From assembly GCA_964057225.1 (NCBI GenBank), contig OZ059899.1:6076001-6140000 (forward strand): 64,000 nucleotides of DNA, written 5' to 3'. Of this stretch, positions 56,401 through 64,000 are shown piece by piece. Below the pieces are notes generated by a model. It saw only the letters and a list, made by a program, of their open reading frames with translations. It did not search any database and was not told the DNA's origin. Origin of the DNA: Auanema rhodensis (taxonomy: Eukaryota > Animalia > Nematoda). Both the position numbers and the translations under genes were made by a program. Position 1 is the stretch's first letter, and each line of letters starts with the position of its first letter.

Positions 56401-59400
56401 TGAAGCTTAAAAAAAAGATTTGGAAAACTAAAGAGGGAGATGTATAAACGAGAAAAGCTTAAAAATGGAAGAAAACAAGGTTTAAAATCATCAAAAATCT
56501 ATAAAAAGGGAATATAGTTATATCAGAAATTGGCATAATTTTATTGATTTCTGAACCTTAATATGGAATAAATTGCTTTGGATGATCGAAAGAGAAAATG
56601 AGAATAAAGAAATAATTCATTTTTTAGTATAAAAATTAATAAAACTACATAATATAATAATATAATATATATATATCACTATATATATAATCTTATAAGA
56701 GAAAATTATATTTCCTTTTTGATAGAAGATAAGAATGTCAACAGTAGGTGTTGCATTTCTATTGAAAATTAGAAAATAAAGAAGACAAAAGCAATAAAAT
56801 TATAGAAAAATGGTATTTTTCTTTCAGAAATTTAAATATAAATAATAAATAAAATAAAATGGAACCTTATATAATGAAAATTTCAAGTAATTTATTCAAA
56901 AGGAAAAAAGGTGATTGGAAATCAAATCTACTTAATGATTAAAAGGTTTCATCATTTGTTTACTGAAGAATGAAAACAAAGAGGAAAATGTTTAAAAAAA
57001 TTTTTGAAGGAAAATATTCAAGACAAGTAAATAAAAAGAATTTAACAAGAAAAGCTTCTAAGATTGTTAAGATTATATGTAAATATTAAATGAATGTTGT
57101 TATAATAAATCAAATTAATTTTTGTACACAAAAGTTCAAAAGTATATTCTATTTCAAAGAATATTTTGAAGTTTTAAAAAAAAAAGTTTTTTTTTCCGAT
57201 GTATTTAGATGTATGTTGATGTAAACATTCAATAGTATGGGTTTAAAAGTCCATAAATAATGTGTCTGAAGTCTATGATATGTATGTCAATTTAGAGCAC
57301 ATATGACATAGATTGCTTAAATTCTGAAACAAGTAAGCCAAATAGCTTTAAATGTCTAAATTTAATAGATTCACCATTATTTTACAAAGCATTTTGAGTA
57401 AAAGTGTGAAGTATAAAGTGGAAATGAAATAATTGAATTAAAGGAAATAGAAAGTTTTAATGAAAGAAATTATTGTTTTAACTGTATTTTAGTATAGTTA
57501 ACATGTAATAGTTAAAATGAAAACAAGAATTTAAATTTAAAATGAGAAATAACATGAAATATATTAGCAAATAGAATAGTAAACAATTCAATAAACAAGC
57601 TTATAATCCACATAAAAATATTCACAGAAGTCAATAAATATCATGATCATATAATGACCTATTATATGAATTATAATTGATTATTCAAGCAAAAAAGTGA
57701 GAAAATAAAAGAGAAATTTCTTTTTTTTTTGACAGAATTTATATGTAGTTGAGAGACGTTGTCGTCTGGACGAAGACGTTTTGGGTGGCAGGTGCACGGC
57801 AGCTGATCACAATACTCCTTATAGCTCTTTTTGCCTCGAAAAACGATCCATAAGACTGTAAGACTCATATGTATTCAAGAGAGCAGATTTATATTGTTTG
57901 ATCAGTACTTTACAACTTTTTGTAAAATATTTGGGAAATAGCCATTTCAAATAGAGCAAGATGAGTAGGAGCAGGAGGTTACAAGTAACTAACGATATGC
58001 CGATAGCGTGGGGAAAAGGTGTTCAACAGCTCTAAAATAGTGAACAGTTTCAGAAAAAAGATTATTTGCCTATGATCCCTAAATCTTTAAGGAAGTACAG
58101 CTGAAAAAAACAGTAAAACCAACAAGCCTCAAGAGAGGTTTTTGATAAAAAGGAAATAATCTTTTTAATCGTTAAAATGATTGAAATGATGATGAATCTT
58201 AGTCATATCTAATAAGTTTTTCAAGCTTAATAGACATAAGCTGGCAATGCTTATAGTGATCAGATGAACTACAAAGATAAGAGAAGCCATTGTTGAAAGG
58301 TGAATAAGCTTCATGCCTGTTGGGCATGGGAAAAGGCAAAGAGCCGGCTATTCTTATGTTATGTTCACATAAGAAACGCATTTTTCGTATAAAAGAGATC
58401 TGGTGAGAAAACTAGCTTATTTGCCAACAAGATGAATAAGAAGCGAAATCAGAAGTATGACGGAAATTGCGAAGTTTTAGCATCAGTGTCTATTGGTTGC
58501 GCATCAATTCTCCTGAGACATTATGACCACTTTTCCAGAAAATGATAGACCCAGATGTCATAACGATGAAGCCTAGTAGGACTTTCCTTATATAGAAACA
58601 TCAGATGACAACTTGCAGCATGTTTTGCTTCAGCTGACAACTTCATCAAATGAGCAGCTCGTGGCACACAATAACAGAACTGACAATGTAAAAACGATAA
58701 ATATAAGCTAAGCATGTTTTATAAAGTTAATTCGTTGAAAAAAGATGATTGTTAAGATATCATTGAAGTTTAAAGTTTGGCAGATAAATGAAAATAGATT
58801 ATCTAATTTTAAATAAATTATATAAAATAAAAACTGTAGAAAAGTAAAATAACTGTGAATAAATAATTTGATATGTGGATGAGACTCATGCCAAGATATC
58901 TAATGTTATTTCAGATGGAGATACACAACCCATAACACAGAACGTGTACTCCGGCTGCTATAAGAACCATATTTTATCGCGCCCGGGTCGGCAACTATCA
59001 AAGGGTCAAATCGGATCATAAATGATTGCGAATTGTGAAGGATACTGGTGTCCAGCTACTTCTAAACTACTGAAACAACAAGAGAAACAAAGAGAAAGGG
59101 TGTAAAAGATATATGAGGGTGGGGGGGAAGGACTGAGGATAAGGAAATGGGTAGATTGTAGAAGAGATTTTAGAGAAATAATGAGAGAAGGAGAAGGGTA
59201 AAGAAGAGGTTTTGAACGAAAAGATTACGAGGGAAGAATATATGTATGCTGAGAAAAAGTTAAAATATGGTGACAGAAGGAGAAAATAGCATGGTTTATG
59301 AATGCGACCGTTTCTGTAAGATTCGAGACGAAGAAATGATTTTTACATTTGCACGAGAACATTTAATTTCACGTAGAAAACGTGAAGTTGAAAGATATTC

Positions 59401-62400
59401 TAATCGAATATACATCAGATTTTAAGAATTTTCGCTATTTTCATGAGACATCTCATAGAGTAACCTGCCGAACCTTAACCACAAGATGACAGCTGGATAA
59501 CGAATTTGTCAACGACTAGAGATAAAAGGAAAATAGAACATATGAATGATCACAGCAGGAGGGTTGTTCCTGGTTTCTACTGCCTATCTACCATATGGAT
59601 CTGTTTTCACTGTGAAATTCAAGTACTTTTCCATTGCTTGCTTGAATGAGTTTTCATGTAAATTTATGGAAAACATTCCAAGCTCATGCTTGTAAGGCTT
59701 TCATTCACGAGCCACGAGGTTTTCATAGTTGGTCATTATTATCTGAGCCCTAAATCACTATGCGCCTTCTTCGTTTCATGTTTTATGACCAGTACATGGC
59801 AAATATGGCTGATAGTTATCGATTTAGCGCACAAATCTGTAAAAATAAATTTTGCATATCAAGGCTAAGGACGATGAGAAGATGAATCAACTTTAATAGT
59901 TTGACGGTAACTTATATGACAAGATTGAGAAAGATTATATATGACAGTAAGAACTTTAACTTATACATAATAAACGTAATATTTACAAAAAAAAATGAAA
60001 ATTTAAAATATTAAGACAATAAATATAATTTTTTTGTTTTTCGTTTAGTTAGTTATAGTTAACTAGATGTTTTAAACCGGTATAAATTATATTATAAACA
60101 CGTTATAGGAAAAATGAAACAAATTGTGTATCATAGAGGCACAAGAACAATTCTTTTTGCCTTTTGTTTAAAGGGGAGTAGGGGGTTTGTCAATCTTGTG
60201 TTAAAACTTGCCGGAAACGGTGGCAGCTTCTCACCAATGGAAAGTCATGCAATGCTGATGATACACGCAATTTATGCATAGTTTGTATGGTAAATAAGAG
60301 AAAAAAGATTAAAGATAATGGTTGTATAGATAGTTTTGAGTAAAAATAAATAAAATTGTATGTAAAGTATAAAACAACGAAAAATGTTGTTGAAATTAAT
60401 GAATTTATAAAAGGAATAATACATATTTCTTTCTTTTAATCTACATACGACGTATATATATATGGTTTATTGGCAAAATATTTTAAAATATTAAATAGTT
60501 TTGTATAAAATGTAAACTAAGAAACTGTTTCTATTATAATATGCCAATAATGAACTTCAATATCATCTTCATCATTGAATTATGTTGTGAAAATGAAGAA
60601 TTGATTATGATCTATCGACATATGCTATTGCGGAAAGAAATACATACAGATGAGTCGAGAAGTAGAAGATTCGAAAACGGATATTCATGAACTATATATG
60701 ACAAATCTGCATATCTCCATGTTTTAATAAGGAATGGAATGAACCAGCTGGAACAATGGAAATGAACATTGTAGGTAGAGAAATGACAGGTTTATGAATA
60801 TCTTTGTTGATAACATATGATTATTGTGAATGTGAAGACGACAAAACTTATGAAGGATGAACATAGATAGCTTGAAGCAAGATAAACCATTGCCATCATT
60901 ACATGTGCTAGTAAACATCATGAGCATATGCTACATATCGGTTAGATCATCAGATTAAATTGAAAAATATCTTTAATACAGCTGGGAAAATTGAAATCTC
61001 GCATTGGACAATTTGCTTTTTTTGTTTTTTACATTGACAATTATTGAATGTACAATGGGAATTTGTTGAAAATAAAATTAAGAAAACGAATATACATACG
61101 TACGATCAGATCAGAAAGACATCAACAGTTACAGTTGTCTTTTATTTTACATTTTCAAGAATATTTAGTGAATAATCAAAATTTTTAAAGAATTCTTGTG
61201 AATTTACGAATAAATGCTTCTAAATGAATATAGAAATTATGAATAATACTATGTAGTGGACATTTAGTACAAAGTTTGGTTTGTGATGTAATTGAAAAAG
61301 GTGAGAATCTGGAGAACAGAAGCATGAACAGCAGACTCTCACACCTTGAAAAATGAGAAAAGTATATCCGATTTCGACCACCTGTAGATAGGATAGCAGA
61401 GTGATGTTTTAAGGAAAGTAGTACTGCCGTTTAGACAAAGTATCTATTAGGTCAATCTTCTAATACATAGCTTAGATCTCCTATTTCTTAATATCTATCC
61501 TCACCAAATATGGCGGAAAGCTCAACTGACAGACCCTTAACACACACGGCGTCCTTTGCTATTCTTGGATAAACACAACCTCCTGGGGTGATGGAAAGAA
61601 CCCAGGTGTGAGTTATTCTTACCATAACCTCTCTCTCTCTGGGACTCTCTCACTCTATGTAGAACTCTTCATTTCTTCAACGTTTGCTTCCTTTTAAAGA
61701 GAATGATCCGCTGATACCAGAAGGCCTAAAGACAAATAAAGGCATCTGTCGCATGAAGAACTAGCATACAGCTATTCACCTAATGGTATAAGCAAAGAAT
61801 GAGGTAAAATAAAATAAAAAATCATTTCTATCTTTAATTAGATATATGTATAATCTATGTATGCTACTGAATATGAGGCCAAGTACTTAACACATTCTAT
61901 TGATATGTGGTCATTGTATCAATGCAATATGAAAGCAATTAATGAGATGATAGTTGACATGCCTGTATTCAATATGGGTCATAAGCAGATGCATTACTGG
62001 ATATTCAAATCAGCATCATATACTGAACGGGATAAAGGCTAGAAAGAAGACATGTAAGAGATGAGCAGAAGTTAAAGTGACAAGTAATATGGAACAAGAA
62101 CTAAGCAATATGTAGCTGAAAGCAATTGACATTTCGGTATTATGCATTGAGTCATTAATTGACTAAATGAGTAATGAAATCAACAAATTCACGTTCCATT
62201 ACGTAAAATGATATCAGAGGAACGCAAATTACAAATTATGCTAATTATACTTTCAAATCATCATTTTACGTGAATTTAACGTGAAGTCAATATCATTTCT
62301 TTAGAATAAATTGATTAAATAGGTTGCATTAATTATATTTTTGTTCTTAATATAAGATAATAAAATAATATTTCACAAGACACAAGAAAATCATGAAGCT

Positions 62401-64000
62401 TGTCTGAATGAACATTGTAACCTCAATTTAAGGTTCAGCACAATACAATATGGATATACAACATGAAATACATTGATTTATAACCTAGGACTCAGGACAG
62501 GTCGATTATTTTGATGTCGTCAGGCACCTGGCCATTTGAAATAGGCATTTGATAGAAAGACCAAAAAAATATGCCTCAAGGTAAGTAGGACCTTAGAGTT
62601 GGTATGATCAACTGTTTAACATTTGTTTTTATTAATATTATAATTTAGAATATGGTATTGATGTTAGATAACTCAACCATCATATATGTCTTCTGTAAGG
62701 ATGTATGGATGTAACAAACATGTTCAACTGAGAAAAAAATCTATGCTGGCATGAAGAAGAGATTTTTTTTTGAAATAAAAAAATGTGTGTGATACATTGA
62801 AAAGAGATGAGAAATTTTCTGTGAAAAGAGAATTGAGGGCATTCAACGAGAAAAATATGAAGTGACAAGGCATGTTGTGACAGAAACAATCGTTGAAATG
62901 CTTTTTGAAGAGGATACGATGTGATATTTTCTCATCGAACGTAGTGAAACTCATAACTACTACTTACTAGAATGGTTCATAAACTATAAACACAATATGA
63001 GTTATAACATATCTTCAATGTTGCAATATGTATGACTTTTTTTTTGTTTTAATGCTGAACATTCGACTGACAAGCTTTTGGAGAATAGTTGGAATTCCAA
63101 TAATGGTCTCTTAAGTTGGCTGTGCCAGATTGGCAAGCAAGATAGCTGAACAAACTGCTGAACTGCACCGGCTTCGACAATAAGTGTTGTCTCCGGAGAT
63201 TATATGATTCTGACGTAGAAAAATAAGCCAAAGAATAGTGTGAATCAGGGAGAAAATGTAAAAGGGTGGTGGATGATGAATCATACGAATAATTTCCGGG
63301 AAAAATACTGTCCAGAAGCCATTGGAAAATCAATTGGTTCAGGGTCGGAACTTCACGCAGGTCGTTCAGCAACAATCTATTGATGTGTACTGCTGTGCAA
63401 GAAGTTCGAACGGATGAGACAAGTCATGTTGTTGCTCATCATACTCATCATCTTCAAATCTGTCTCCAAAACTGCCATTGCCGTCAGGATCACTTGGCGA
63501 CGTTTTAGAGTTAGTACGTAAGAGAAAGATTGAAGATCAGCTAAGGATTTTAATAGGTTTTGAAGTAACAGCTGACTACCAAGATATAATATGAAGAATC
63601 GAGAAGCAGCAGACGGTGGAAAAGATAAAATTGCTGTTCACCGTCTTCAATGCTTAGCTTGGCACATATCTCTTAGCTCTCTCACTTTTCACAATTTTAA
63701 TTCTTGTTCTTTCAGTTCCTTCTGCTCAAACAGATTCACTTCACATAGATTTATGTTATGGACGTTGTGGTAGTAGATTTTGAAAAGAAGGATGACAACT
63801 AAAATTGATGATAGGCATATCTTCTGAATGCTATTCGTAGTTGATCAAGTATGTAGTGGAAATCGTTGTCGTTTGTCTTGCATTCAAGTATTCAAGTATT
63901 CAAAATTTTAATAAATTTTACGAAAAAAAAACTCAACAGCAGGCTCTTATAAACTTTTTTTCTCAAGTTTGTAAAAATTAGAAAGAAAACAAAAAAATCT

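Noticed and set aside
63603-63656. 10-bp hairpin AGACGGTGGA/TTCACCGTCT
   Set aside because: The stem is too short for a miRNA precursor and no RNA family was recognised.

Overview
This is AT-rich eukaryotic DNA, and the gene content and dense 40-55 nt introns point to a nematode (probably rhabditid; inferred). No prokaryotic features, tRNA, rRNA or CRISPR were recognised. I spliced about 14 genes by hand: a mec-7-type beta-tubulin; an EBAG9/RCAS1-like gene carrying an antisense nested secreted Cys-rich gene in a 2.4-kb intron; a patatin-like lipase (possible operon with EBAG9); a membrane-anchored SAM methyltransferase; a VWA + C-type lectin with a 54-bp PW-rich coding repeat; five tandem 7TM chemoreceptors; an SH3BP5/REI Rab11-GEF; mrpl-35; an hmit-1 inositol transporter; a PH-like protein; and an uncharacterised protein. 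The most striking structure is an apparently identical 457-bp inverted repeat (25302-25758 / 28501-28957). It flanks the promoter and 5' half of the last chemoreceptor, so flipping the 2.7-kb spacer would rebuild the receptor with a different C-terminal tail. Other points of interest are patchy gene conversion between receptor paralogs, frequent AAG splice acceptors, unusual tubulin residues (S53, Y167), transposon relics, and candidate small ORFs in two gene-poor regions. All gene models and family calls are by eye and need homology searches or RNA-seq to confirm.
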